Positions 38,981-50,318 of a DNA stretch of 64,000 nt are shown one piece after another. Location of the stretch: positions 186,001-250,000 of the forward strand of contig JALMLS010000488.1 of the NCBI GenBank assembly GCA_038496445.1. Direction: 5' to 3'. The DNA is from Trichosphaerium sp. ATCC 40318. Lineage: Eukaryota > Protista > Tubulinea. Positions within the stretch are counted from its first letter, which is position 1. Every line of letters starts with the position of its first letter. Position numbers and translations under genes: made by a program. Below the pieces are notes generated by a model. The model saw only the letters and a program-made list of their open reading frames with translations, did no database searches and was not told the origin of the DNA.

Positions 38981-40599
38981 ATGGAACCTATGGAACCCAA
39001 AGAACTGAAAGAGCCAAAGAGTATTTTACACACTCTTCCGAACATTAAGCAAATGCCTAACATTTATTACTACGCTGATGGTACACACACAACGCTCAGA
39101 AAAGTCATGAAGGAAAGAAAACTTGTGTTCAAGAGACCGAACTACCCAGAAGCAGAGTACCACCGTGTTTTAGCCAATGATTTGCGCATTGTGCCTTTGG
39201 ACATTGCCAAGTTGAAGTTGGGGTTATTGATGAAAAACTCCAAAAGAACAGGTACCTTTTTTCTTTTGATCATGTGGTTTTTTTTTTCAGAATAGGCCCT
39301 CTATTTTTTTACTTGTGTTGACTTTATTAATAGACAATGGATGCTTGGTGCTCACTGCCAATGCCAAACTAGATAAGAAAGGATATCCCAGAGCTTGTAT
39401 CAGGGCTGAAACTAAATAAGGCTTTTTTTGCAAAAGCCTTTTTTTTGCCACCAAATACAGCCTTATTTTTCACCAAATTGCCTTGTTTTTGCCAAAAAAA
39501 ATGAGCAAATATGAGGCATTGCCTTGTAATTTTGGGCTTTGCAGCCTCATATTTGGGCCAAATAGCAAGCAACTGGTTCACTAATTAGCCTTAAAATAGC
39601 CTGCATTGTTGGTCCAATAATGCTTCATTTTTAGTGCAACAATAAGGCTTTTTTGCCCTCAATTTTTGGGCATAACCCAGGCACCATATACTCATAAAAC
39701 AAGGCTTTATATAGGCATACAATAGTGATTCATTTATTAAAGTACAGTACACAAAACACAAAAAACTTCAATGTCCTCCATGTGGAAAAAAACCTTTACT
39801 AGAAAAAAAAATTAACAAATTATTGGTTTAATTTTGTACAAAAATGGTTTAAAGTAATATACATGTTGTAGGGCATGGGTGCTGCGGTAATGGCGGCTTT
39901 ATATTACAATCCATATAAAGTATGGTGACGCTGTCTATATAAAATGTCAGTAGTAAATGGAAAAAAATGTTTAGGAAGTGTTGGTGTGGTGGAGACTTAC
40001 CTTAAACCAATGTATCCTTAATGTACAATGTGTACACAACCAATGCCTAATTAGTGCCTGTAAATTTAAGGCTGGCAATGCATAAAAAAACTAGGGCAGG
40101 CATTGCCTAAAAAAAACAAGGCATTGCAACAATTAAGGCATTGCCCAACAAAGCCTTATTTCAATGCCTGATTTTTGCCTTTGTTGCCATTGCCTTTGCA
40201 AAATCAGGTATTGCCATTTTTGCATGCCTGATTTTTGCCATCAATGCCTGATTTTAAAAAAATGCCTTCATATTTAAGGCAAAGCCTTGTTTAGTTTCAG
40301 CCCTGATTGGAGGTGTGTACTTTAAACTCCACCACTTGGCTAGATATTGTCATTCAGGTATTACCATTTATACTGAAGTACCTGGTGTTGATGGAGATGA
40401 TAAATATGTAGTTTGGACAGGCTACAACCGTTGTAAAATAGATGGAAGCCATTTATGTCATAACAAGGAGTGCTTTGATGCTGCTCATGTGGTATTTGAA
40501 CCATCTGTTGTTAACCAAAGAAGAAATACCTGTGTTGCACAAGGCTATTGCTCTGGCCATGTGTACAATGGAATTGTAGCACCAGATTGCATTCTTTAA
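38981..40599 (+). pseudogene. His-Cys box / His-Me finger endonuclease gene interrupted by a TIR element
   Basis: Removing intron 39252-39333 and the element plus one AT copy gives ...DNGCLVLTANAKLDKKGYPRACIGGVYFKLHHLA...DGSHLCHNKECFDAAHVVFEPSVVNQRRNTC, the I-PpoI-like SHLCHN..C...H...E...N..R..C motif. Confidence 0.85.
39401..40305. mobile_element. 905-bp non-autonomous DNA transposon (MITE) with 25-bp TIRs and 2-bp AT target-site duplication
   Basis: Left end CAGGGCTGAAACTAAATAAGGCTTT; right end AAAGCCTTGTTTAGTTTCAGCCCTG (1 mismatch). AT on both sides, many GCCT/AGGC subterminal motifs, no ORF. Confidence 0.92.
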
Positions 40600-40661
40600 A
40601 TGCCAAAACATTGTTTTTCAGTTTAAAGGTAGAAAAAAAAATGTAACTGTAGCAACTTTCT

Positions 40662-40689
40662 CCTACCAACCCCTACCAACCCCTACCAC
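40662..40689. repeat. Short tandem repeat (CCCTACCAAC) x ~3
   Basis: cctaccaac ccctaccaac ccctaccac read directly. Confidence 0.8.
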
Positions 40690-40985
40690 TGACTAAGTGG
40701 TTTAAATGTTGTACAAAAGCGTGTTAGTGGAATATGAACAATAACGATGGATGAGAAACGTAGTATTTCTACTTTACTATTTACAATGCATATAAAGTAT
40801 GTGTGAGGTATAAAAAACATGGTGCACAGTACTTTTAAGAACAGTAAGGGTTTTTTTTTTAAAACAGGCTTTAAATCTTTGCATGTACATTGAAACACCT
40901 CTAAAACACGTTCTAAGATACTCTGAGGTCTACCTTTTGTGGATTTTTGTTACAACTGTACACACTGACTTTTTTTTCCTTTAAA

Positions 40986-41136
40986 TGTCGCAGAACCTAC
41001 GACTACCTCTTTCCTAGAACACGTTCACATGAAGTTACCTAATCTGTAAACGTGTAGTCAAACCTAATAAACAGATTTCTCATCACTCATTTCCGTTTAC
41101 AACTGCTCTATAGGGTCCTAACCTCCCTATACGACA
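40986..41136 (+). repeat. 5' LTR
   Basis: 151 bp, TG...CA ends, internal AATAAA; identical by eye to 47815-47965. Confidence 0.97.
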
Positions 41137-41139
41137 TAT

Positions 41140-41152
41140 TGGCGACACGATC
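41140..41152 (+). promoter_or_regulatory. tRNA primer-binding site
   Basis: TGGCGACACGATC lies 3 nt after the 5' LTR and is complementary to a tRNA 3' end (...GCCA). The tRNA species was not identified. Confidence 0.8.
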
Positions 41153-41550
41153 TTTTTGAACCAAGCTAAGGTAAGTAATCTCACCTAACTGTTACGACAG
41201 CATATTGTAAATCTTTGAACTTTCAAAGTAAATAAACAACCTAACTGCTACGGCAGCATTTCTTAACCGCACGCGGCCTTTTTACCTGGATTAACCAGGA
41301 ATCGAGTAATCTTTACTCACCCTAACTGCTACGGCAGCATTTTAAACCGTGAAGCGCAGTGCTTCACAATAAATAAACTATTAACCGCATAAAGCGGCCT
41401 TTAAACCATTTTGTGGTTTTCTTTTTCCTTATTGGAATTCGAGTAATAATTACTCAAACTTTTCTCTTTACCGCTCAGCGGCATCTATACTAAGCGTACT
41501 TGTTCCTACGCTATAATCCTCTTTCCATAAAATCTACTTTTCACGGAAAA

Positions 41551-44500
41551 ATGAGTGAAACTAAAGTAACGTCTGAGGCAGATGGTTCTACAGGTCCATC
41601 TACGTCTGTTCCCATTGTTGATGACAACTCTGGGGATATTCCACTAAATCCTGAAATTCCTCCTGAATCAGCTGCTAACAACAGCACTGACCTTCCTCCT
41701 GACTATGCAGACGCTGTTCATGCATCAGAACAAATTGCAAAAGATGCTTTAGAAATTGCGCAACAGCGTGAGGACGAAGTAATATATTTAAATGAGTCCC
41801 TTGAGACATTTAAAACAGATTTAGCGGCTGTTCGTGCTGAGAACGAACTTCTGCAAAAAATGATGTTAAAACTAGGTTCCCGTCTTGGAACTAAAGACGC
41901 TTCAAAACCGTGTGAAACAGAGCGTCTTGATATAAAATCAACCAAGATTAAGAAGGAATCAAACATTATTCCTCAATATCACTCATCGTCAGATTCTGAT
42001 GATGATTTTGAACCTAAAAAGGAAGAAACACGCCTTCCTAGCTCTAAGGTAATGCATATGTTCACAGAGCTAACCACAACCGATCGCAAAGATTTAGATA
42101 TCTGGTACAAGTTTTGCAAATACATAGCAACCTCATACCACATTAATGAACCAACACTAGCGATGATAATGCGCATTAAAGTGCGCTCTAAACAACTCAA
42201 AGCTGTGTTAAATCATATAGAGTTCAATGCAACTCCTACTCAGTTGTATGAAACTCTCAAACATGAAATAGTTACGCCCTTAGACGAGGCACTTGCATTG
42301 GGTCATTTTCGCGCCTGTAAACAACATCAGGGCGAAAAGCTTCAGGTCTACATTAGACGCTTAAAAGACATCGCCCAGTATGCTAATAAAAGTGACCTCG
42401 ATATGATGGAACAATTCACATTGGGTGTAGCTAGTAACATTCGTGCTAAAGTACATAAGTACTACTACAAACAGTTGATATTATTCAACGCATCTAAAGA
42501 AAAAGACATAGATGCATTTTGTAAGACTGTTTTCGATAAAGCTCACAGTTGTGAAGTTCTGTATACACTGAATGCATCTTTTCAACAAAATCAACCATTA
42601 ATTCCAAGAACAAATGTTCACGGAAAAAACCAAAATTCGGGCTTAACGCCCACTCCTTCCAACCAACAACCAAGTAAACACAACTCCTCAAATGTTTCGA
42701 AAAAAGACGTAAGTAATCTTTTTAAAAAACTAGATGAATTACAAAAACGTCTTGACAGTTTTTCTAGAAATCGTCCAAGAACTAGTCACGTACATAGGGA
42801 TAGCAATGGCGAGTGGCGATGCAACTGGTGCAAAGAAAAAGCACATGGCAAGGGAGTACAATGTCCACAATATTTGAAGGACCATTCTCCGCCTAACAGA
42901 GGCACAAGTACGCCTACCTCTGCAAACTCTACTAGTACAAATGCAGCTCATATTGAACTAGAACGTTCAATCAGTGATTCAACAACTAGCCACAACAAAC
43001 GCCAGAAAACTACTACTACTTGTGAAAAAGAAGTCACTGAACTATTACAGTTTCAAGGCACTTCTAAGCCTAGCATCGATGCTACCAGCATTCCTCTGAC
43101 TAACATTAAAGTAAATGGAGTAGCTTTCCAAGCTATGCTCGACTCTGGAGCAGCGGTATCATTCATGTCAGAAAAGGCATTTAACAAAATTAACAAGGAT
43201 ATTGCATCTACAACTCGCAATGCCCTAAAAGGTATAATCAACGATAAACGGCCATACCTCGCCATTAAACAAGGTACCTCTATTTCTATTACATCCGATC
43301 TTATGACATCTACTGATGCACACACTTTAGGCACTGTCACAGCCTTGTGCAAGATTGTTGATAAAGAGGTTACCTCTGTCTTTCACGTGCTTCGTGCATC
43401 CAAGTATAGCATAGTACTTGGAGCTGACTTTCTCCGCAAGGCAGCCCTCATAGCTGACTTCGAAGGAAAAATGATCTACGATAGACAATGGTTTATTTCT
43501 CAAAAAACCAAGATACTGCCTAAAAAGCAGCAAACAACAACATCAGCTAAAGATTCGTCTAACACTGCATCAGATGTAACCACACCTGATACCAGTGAAA
43601 ACTCTCCTACAGGTAAACGAACACCTGATGCTAGTGACAGCTCTTCTGAACAAACAACAGAAGATGCTCTATTTAACGAGGATCTCGACCTCGGTGAAGA
43701 TAATGATCCAAATTTGCCAAACGCAAATCTCAAGTTAGTTGTCAAGAAAGCGGACAGCAAATCTGCACCAAAGTTGGACAGCCAAATCAAAGACGTTGTC
43801 AACAAAGCAGACATTAGATATGTACCCACTCACTCAGCCAAGTTAAAATGGCATACAAAGGATCCTCGCAAAATAGCTTTAAAAGCTAAGGAGTCCTATG
43901 AGTGTGCTCATGGTGAAACTATTGAGATGGACTTCAACTCCACCAGAATCCCTCACGGTGCTACCATTACAGTATCACCAGCTGTGGAATCTCTTGGCTT
44001 ATGGCCACGAGTCCAGATACATGGAAATGGCAAACAACTCTACTTCGGTGCCATTGACTTCTTCATTAGACACACTGATGAAGACAACAAAGAAAAGCCG
44101 CTCACCATTGTAAAAGGGCAAACGGTAGCTTATGTATTCATTAACAGTTTTAATAAAAATGATTCCGTTTATTCTAGTCTTATTCCTGATATTAACACAT
44201 CAGACAACTCTACAGAGTTTTTAAAACGTTCACGTATACAAAAACCTGCCTTACCTGTTCCTGTTCTTTCGTCTGAAGTATGCTTAAACAGAGAACCAAT
44301 AAAAGTAACGACGACGTTAGATGAATTTAAAGATGATCCTATTTTAGGTACAATACGTGTTAACACGTGTATTCTAAATGAAGACCAACGTAAATACTTA
44401 GTTACACTACTTTCCAACAAAGGACGTAAAGTGTATACACCTCCAGATAAGTTTGGAAACGCCAAGTACGAACCTATTCGTATGAAAATAAAACAAGACA

Positions 44501-47500
44501 CTAAACCATCACGAGTTAAACATAGACGTTTTCCAAAAAGTATGCAGAAAAACATACAAGACAAAGTGGATGAACTTGTACGCCTTGGTGTTGTGAGCCA
44601 AGTAGATAGCAGTGACTGGGCTTGTTCTGGTTTTGTTATTCCAAAGAAAAATGGCACCCATCGCTTTGTATTAAATCCACAAAATATAAATAAAGCTACT
44701 GAGTTTTATCCTTATCCAATGCCTTGGATGGATGAAATTTTACATGACTTTGCGAAATATGAAATTAAATCATTGAACGACTGTCCTAAAGGTTTTTTCC
44801 AGTTCAAAATACATAAAGACAGCCGTAAATACACAGCTTTTGTTACTAGCAAGGGTGTGTATGTATTCAATGTACTCTCTATGGGGTTTATGAACTCACC
44901 AGCTGAGTTTCAAGAAGCTATGAATAAAATCTTTGAACCTCATATTAACACTGCTCCTTATATGGACGACTTATTAACTGCCTCACACAGTGTTGACGAA
45001 CATCTGCAACACTTAGAGCAGTTCTATGACACTTGTATCAAGCACAACATTCGTATGGCAGCACACAAAGCTGTGTTGTTTGCTACAGAGACAGAACACT
45101 TAGGCCACTCATTAGTTGGCAAAACACTCAGTGTAAGCACCAAACAAGTGGACAAAATATCCATGGTATCAATACCAACTAGCAAAAAAGACATAAAGTC
45201 GATGGTCCAACTTGCTGGTTATTATAGAAAGTTTATTAAGGACTTTGCCAAAATTATGACTCCCATCTCCTGCATGTTAAAAAAAAAGACAAACCGTTTA
45301 TATGGGAAGACGCTCAGAAAAGAGCTTGGCAAACAATTGTTAAGAAATTACAATCCTATCCGGTACTAGTTAGCCCGGATTATTCAAAACCATTTGTACT
45401 ACATACAGACGCTTGTGATAATGCTATAGGCGCTGTGCTAGAACAAGAGCACAATGGAGAACTTCGTGTTGTTGAATACTTCTCCAAACGGTTTTCAGAG
45501 CCTCAATCTAAAGGATGGCCTATCTGGAAGAAGGAATGCTGGGCTATTGTAGCAGCTGTTCAAAAATTCAGCCATTACCTTTTAGCTACTGACTTCACAG
45601 TAGTTACCGACCATAAAGCGCTCTTACACTTAAAAAATTTTAGTGATCCCCCGCCAATTCTTATGCGGTGGATGATTATACTCGACAAGTATAATTTTGA
45701 TGTACAATACAGACGTGGCAGTAAACACGGAAACGCTGATGCAATCTCTAGATTAAGATATGACACAGAGGAAGACTCTCCTGATGTGGATGCATTACTA
45801 GATCCTTCAGACGAAATCAAACCAAGCTTAAACTTTCGCATTTTAGATGCTGAAGGACAAGTAGTATCAGCTAACAGTACATCTATCTTACCAGAAAATA
45901 ATACATTTATTGAAGAATTACAGTTGCGTAAAACTAACCTACGCAAGCTTCAACTGGAAGATAATACTCTGGGACCGATAATATTGGAACTATCGGACCC
46001 AATACAAAAGCAACCACGAAGAACACGCAATCAAGATTTTGTGTTAGACTCTGATGGCATCCTAAGAAGTTATTATGCGCCACCAGGGGTTGCAAAAGAT
46101 GAAGGTACCTTCAGAATTGTGGTACCAACTCTATTAATAAACAACGTTCTTCATCATTTTCATGACTCTGTTTCTGGAGCTCATTTAGGTGTAAATAAAA
46201 TGTTTTACAGAATCAGAGCTCGTTTCTTTTGGAACGGCATGTTAAAAAGCATACAAGCATACGTTGATAAATGTACCAACTGTCAGAAGTATAAATTCCG
46301 TTCCAAAACAACACGTGACGGTCACATGATACCAATTGTATCAAATAAGCCATGGGACATAGTAGCGATTGATGTTGCTGGCCCTTTTCCTACATCGTAT
46401 GAAGGCAACGTTTATGTTTTAGGCATCACTGACCTATATTCCAAATGGATGGTTTTCGAGCCTATGAAAACAGTAACAGCTGATAAAATTGCTGATGTTT
46501 TGTCTAAACGCATATTTAATGTATTTGGCATATGCCAGGCCCTACTCAGTGATAATGGCTCAAACTTTAAAGGTAAAGTTATGGAAGCCGTTTGTAACAC
46601 ACTAAGCATTGACAACCGCTTCATAGCGCCATACAACCCCCAATGTAATGGTCAGGTTGAACGCTCTTTTGGCACTCTAGTACCACTCTTACGAGCACTT
46701 GTTACAGACTCTCCCAGAGAATGGGACGAATACTTACATTTTGTGCAATTTGCACTGAACACTTCAGTAAACCGAACCACTGGAGTGACACCTTATCAAG
46801 TTCTATTCGGCAGAAATGCTATTTTGCCAGTAGACAATATTTACCTTAATAACATGCCCACTGACCATGTGGACGCTGCTCATTACGCAGCTAATCTAGC
46901 ATTAAAAATTGCTAAATCTAAAGTGTTTGTTGACGAGCATTCTAAAGCTCTGAAAGCCAAATATAAACAACACAAAGATAAAAAAGTCACAAAAGTGAAA
47001 CAATTCGAAATAGGACAGCAAGTCTTACTTTGGAAAGAACTTTTAGGTGATGGCCCTAAAAAGCTTAAGCAACAAAGGCTTGGTCCTTACCAAATAGTTG
47101 CAAAGTTAGGCCCTAAAACTTACAGAGTCAGTCATCTAGAGACTGGAGAAATTGAAACGGCTGATATGAAACGCCTTATCGATTATAAACAGACTTTGTC
47201 TTCAACTGAAGATACAATTGATGTTGCTGAACATCTACTAGCTGGTTTACCAACAGCGCCTCGCTTCCTTCAAGATGAAGAAGCCTATGATAGGCAACAA
47301 ACGTCTGACGACTCACCAGACTTAACATTAGCACAAAGTGCAGATGTAATTAACTTGGATGTAACCAATCCAGAGCTGTTATCAGCTCCTGTCATTGATA
47401 TTACTGATAATGATGTATTACCAGTTTATGACACTTATATTAATACGGTGGTTGAATCACCAAACTCAACTATGGAGATACCGGCCGTACAACAACAAAA

Positions 47501-47783
47501 CCCTTCCAATACCCACCCTATGTATGTGGTAAAGGAGATCTTAGAAGAAACATCTGACGTCCTCCACAATCAACCAGAGATGTCTTCGAAAAAGCTAAAC
47601 CGCATGAAGAAACAACTCAAACTTACATTCTCGACAAGTGCCGGTTTTATTACAAACTCCAGGCGTGCATCCCTTTACAGAAATGCAGTTCAACATACAG
47701 AATCACAAGATGAACTCATTCAGCTCTTGGACACGTGGATTCACACTTTTGACGACGAATTTTCCTACGATCTGGCGAAGTGA
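41551..47783 (+). CDS. Gag-Pol polyprotein (gag with CCHC knuckle, aspartic protease, dUTPase-like insert, RT, RNase H, integrase), split by a 1-nt shift in an A9 run at ~45279-45287
   Basis: CNWCKEKAHGKGVQC; MLDSGA; GFFQ...YMDD; LHTDAC...IGAVLEQ; GAHLG..C..C; IDVAGP, SDNG, VER; GPY. One extra A joins the two ORFs as LKKKDKPFIWED. Confidence 0.92.
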
Positions 47784-47804
47784 GGACACTTCTCTTTGTA
47801 ATAC

Positions 47805-47813
47805 GAGGGGGAT
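47805..47813 (+). promoter_or_regulatory. Polypurine tract
   Basis: GAGGGGGA lies immediately before the 3' LTR. Confidence 0.85.
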
Positions 47814-47814
47814 A

Positions 47815-47965
47815 TGTCGCAGAACCTACGACTACCTCTTTCCTAGAACACGTTCACATGAAGTTACCTAATCTGTAAACGTGTAGTCAAACCTAATAAA
47901 CAGATTTCTCATCACTCATTTCCGTTTACAACTGCTCTATAGGGTCCTAACCTCCCTATACGACA
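47815..47965 (+). repeat. 3' LTR
   Basis: Identical to the 5' LTR. Confidence 0.97.
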
Positions 47966-48423
47966 TAAATGCGAATAAGCCGTTACAAAAGCGCTATCGA
48001 GGCTATAAAAATATGTTGTTTTTACAATTTCGCTTTTTTTGGCAAGTTATGTGATTTTTCGGTTTGTTTTACACTAAACTCACTTTTATGCATCCAAAAG
48101 TGTATTATGCACTTGTAAAAATACACCTTGAGAAGATTAATTCGTTTTAAGTACAAGGGTCTGTTTTGCAAACTATAATCCCGTGTAGCGCTTGTTTGAT
48201 ACAGGGAAAACTACTGCTCAAGCACTAGAACGTATAATATAGTTTAAAGCGCAGTTGAAAACTGTGTGACTTAACATAAAACTTTCCAAATATAATTTCT
48301 GGGGACTAGGTATTTGATTCAAAGATAAACAACAATGATAGAAGTACGAATAGAGCGAAAGTCAACGCCAGACAACAATAACTGAACGGTTGCTGTATCG
48401 CATTACAAGAAGTTTTATTGGTC

Positions 48424-49939
48424 ATGGAAGAAGCTGGCGCTAACGCAGCTTCTTTTCAGAAGCTTTTAGCCGCACTGAACGCAAAAAAATGTACTACCTT
48501 AGATGTGGACAAGGAAATACCGCAATATATATCCTGTATGCGTGACAGCAACGATGCTCAGCGCAAATTATTTCTAACTGCACTTGTACGCCCAAAATCG
48601 TAAAAAACAACTTTTTGTTCTTAAAGTAGTAATAACTTCGTTTATTCACCTTCCTCGTATCAATAACTCCAGTTAACTTACATTTACTAGCACACAAGTG
48701 GAATTAAGCACGTTTACACACGCCCTGGAGCGTTAGGTAGTTCCTTTAGATCGAGAGACGAAGAAGGCAGGCCAAGAAATGTCAATCTAACAGTAACTTA
48801 TCTTCATCTCACTCCTACACTTACTTAACTTACTTTTGGTATAGCCTATAGTTGACCGTATTGTTAGAGTTCTAATGGACGACTTGAGAACTTTCGTAGT
48901 CAGACTTGGAGAGCCTGGAGATAAATACAACTTATCGAACTTGTTCAATTGTACTTTCTTTTTTTTCTGTTTTGCCACTTTTTTACTCACCCTCTTAGTA
49001 TTCAGTTCCAGGCGCCCACCAAATCTTGAGACGCTAGAGTTTGGTAGCCATGAGTTATTAAAAGAGAGCTACACAAGAAGTCTGGCTGTAGGATTCTACC
49101 CTAAGCTGCAAACTCTTACTATAAAAGGCTTGGGAAATGCTGGTATTGAACATTTGGCAAATATGCTCGTTGAACGGAAGTGTTGGTCACTTAAGTTTCT
49201 TAATATAACGTTCAGTGTTTTAAATGCTAAGGAAAAGCACTTTGTTAAGTTTTTCAATGCTGTGAGAGAATCCACAAGTCTAAAAAAAGTGAGTATTATC
49301 TTTGCATTGAAAGCTTTTAGGCCAAATGAAAACAGTAAGTATAATCTACTCACTTTACATCTTTATCATACTTATTCAGCTTTAGTTGCTAGTGCTTTGG
49401 AACAAGCTTCCTCAAGAGTAAACATACAGATTTCTAACCCAGGCGAAGAGCCCTTAATACTGGAAGAAGAGCAAGTCATCATCGGTGAAGAACAAGGCAT
49501 ACTCGGTGAAGAACACGGCATACTTGGTGAAGAACACGGCATTATTGATGAAAACCCGGGCACGAAAGCCGAAGAACAAGTGTGGCAGCACGTGCCAAAA
49601 CCAAAGAAAAAACAAACGAAGAAGAAACAAAGAAAGAAAAAACGCCGAAAAGAGGAGACAAACAACAAGCAACAAAAGAAAGTTGCCAAAAAAAGAAATT
49701 ACAAAACAACCTCAGAGACTTCTAAATCACGTGTTAAAAAAACACAAAAGAAGGCAGATCAGGCTAAAACAAAAAATGGTGTATTTCCTTCGCCGTACTT
49801 AGATGAATCAGATTCATCTGGGTCCTCTCAACGAGATATTGATAAAATGCAAGACAGAATAGTTTTCCTTGAAAACCAAGTTGCTACGCTTACAAAACAG
49901 ATGAAGCACGTGCTATCCATACTTCCCCAGCACAAATAA
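48424..49939 (+). CDS. Multi-exon protein with RNI-like LRRs, 7-aa repeats, Lys-rich region and C-terminal coiled coil
   Basis: PPNLETLEF, YPKLQTLTIKGLGNAGIEHLANML, SLKFLNI, SLKKVSI; coiled coil DRIVFLENQVATLTKQM. Both ends are approximate. Confidence 0.55.
49465..49552 (+). repeat. 21-bp coding tandem repeat (EEQ/HGILG x4)
   Basis: GAAGAACA(A/C)GGCAT units read directly. Confidence 0.85.
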
Positions 49940-50318
49940 ACTATTAGTTTTTTTATGTTCCCTTTCTGTTAGATCCCTATTGTCCACTGGCTCCTACCTA
50001 CAACAACAACAGTAGTACAGATTAGATTGGAGTAGATCCTTTCTCTTGACCGCTTAGTTATGAATCCTAAGACCCCTTTATAAGTCTATGAAAGTTATAA
50101 CCTTGCAATAATTGTCGTGAGCAGAACATACATCAGTGGTTTTTTTGTAATGATTAAGTAGTTTGTTTATGTACGTATTATTTTTGAGTATCTTTATATA
50201 TTATTGAGTTAAATGCAGAGTATACAAGAATTAACAAGCGCCAAATGTTTGTACATAAGAAAAAATGAAAGTGGAAGTGAAACCCGGATCAAAAAAAAAA
50301 GTTGCAAAAGAAGAGGAA

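Larger units (their letters stand above)
40986..47965 (+). mobile_element. Full-length Ty3/Gypsy LTR retrotransposon, recently inserted
   Basis: Identical 151-bp LTRs (TGTCG...CGACA); 4-bp TSD TAAA (40982-40985 and 47966-47969); PBS; PPT; domain order PR-RT-RH-IN. Confidence 0.97.

Noticed and set aside
40662-40689. Telomere-like or CRISPR-like repeat
   Set aside because: Only three 10-bp units with no spacers, in a eukaryotic context. No CRISPR array is present in the window.
38600-40700. Group I intron or rDNA around the endonuclease gene
   Set aside because: No rRNA sequence or recognisable P/Q/R/S core was seen.
45279-45287. Programmed ribosomal frameshift in the retrotransposon
   Set aside because: It falls inside the RT-RNase H connection in an A9 homopolymer, not at the gag-pol boundary. 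A 1-nt sequencing error or mutation is more likely.
47200-47800. env gene or chromodomain in the Gypsy element
   Set aside because: There is no extra ORF before the PPT, and no TM segment or chromodomain aromatic motif.
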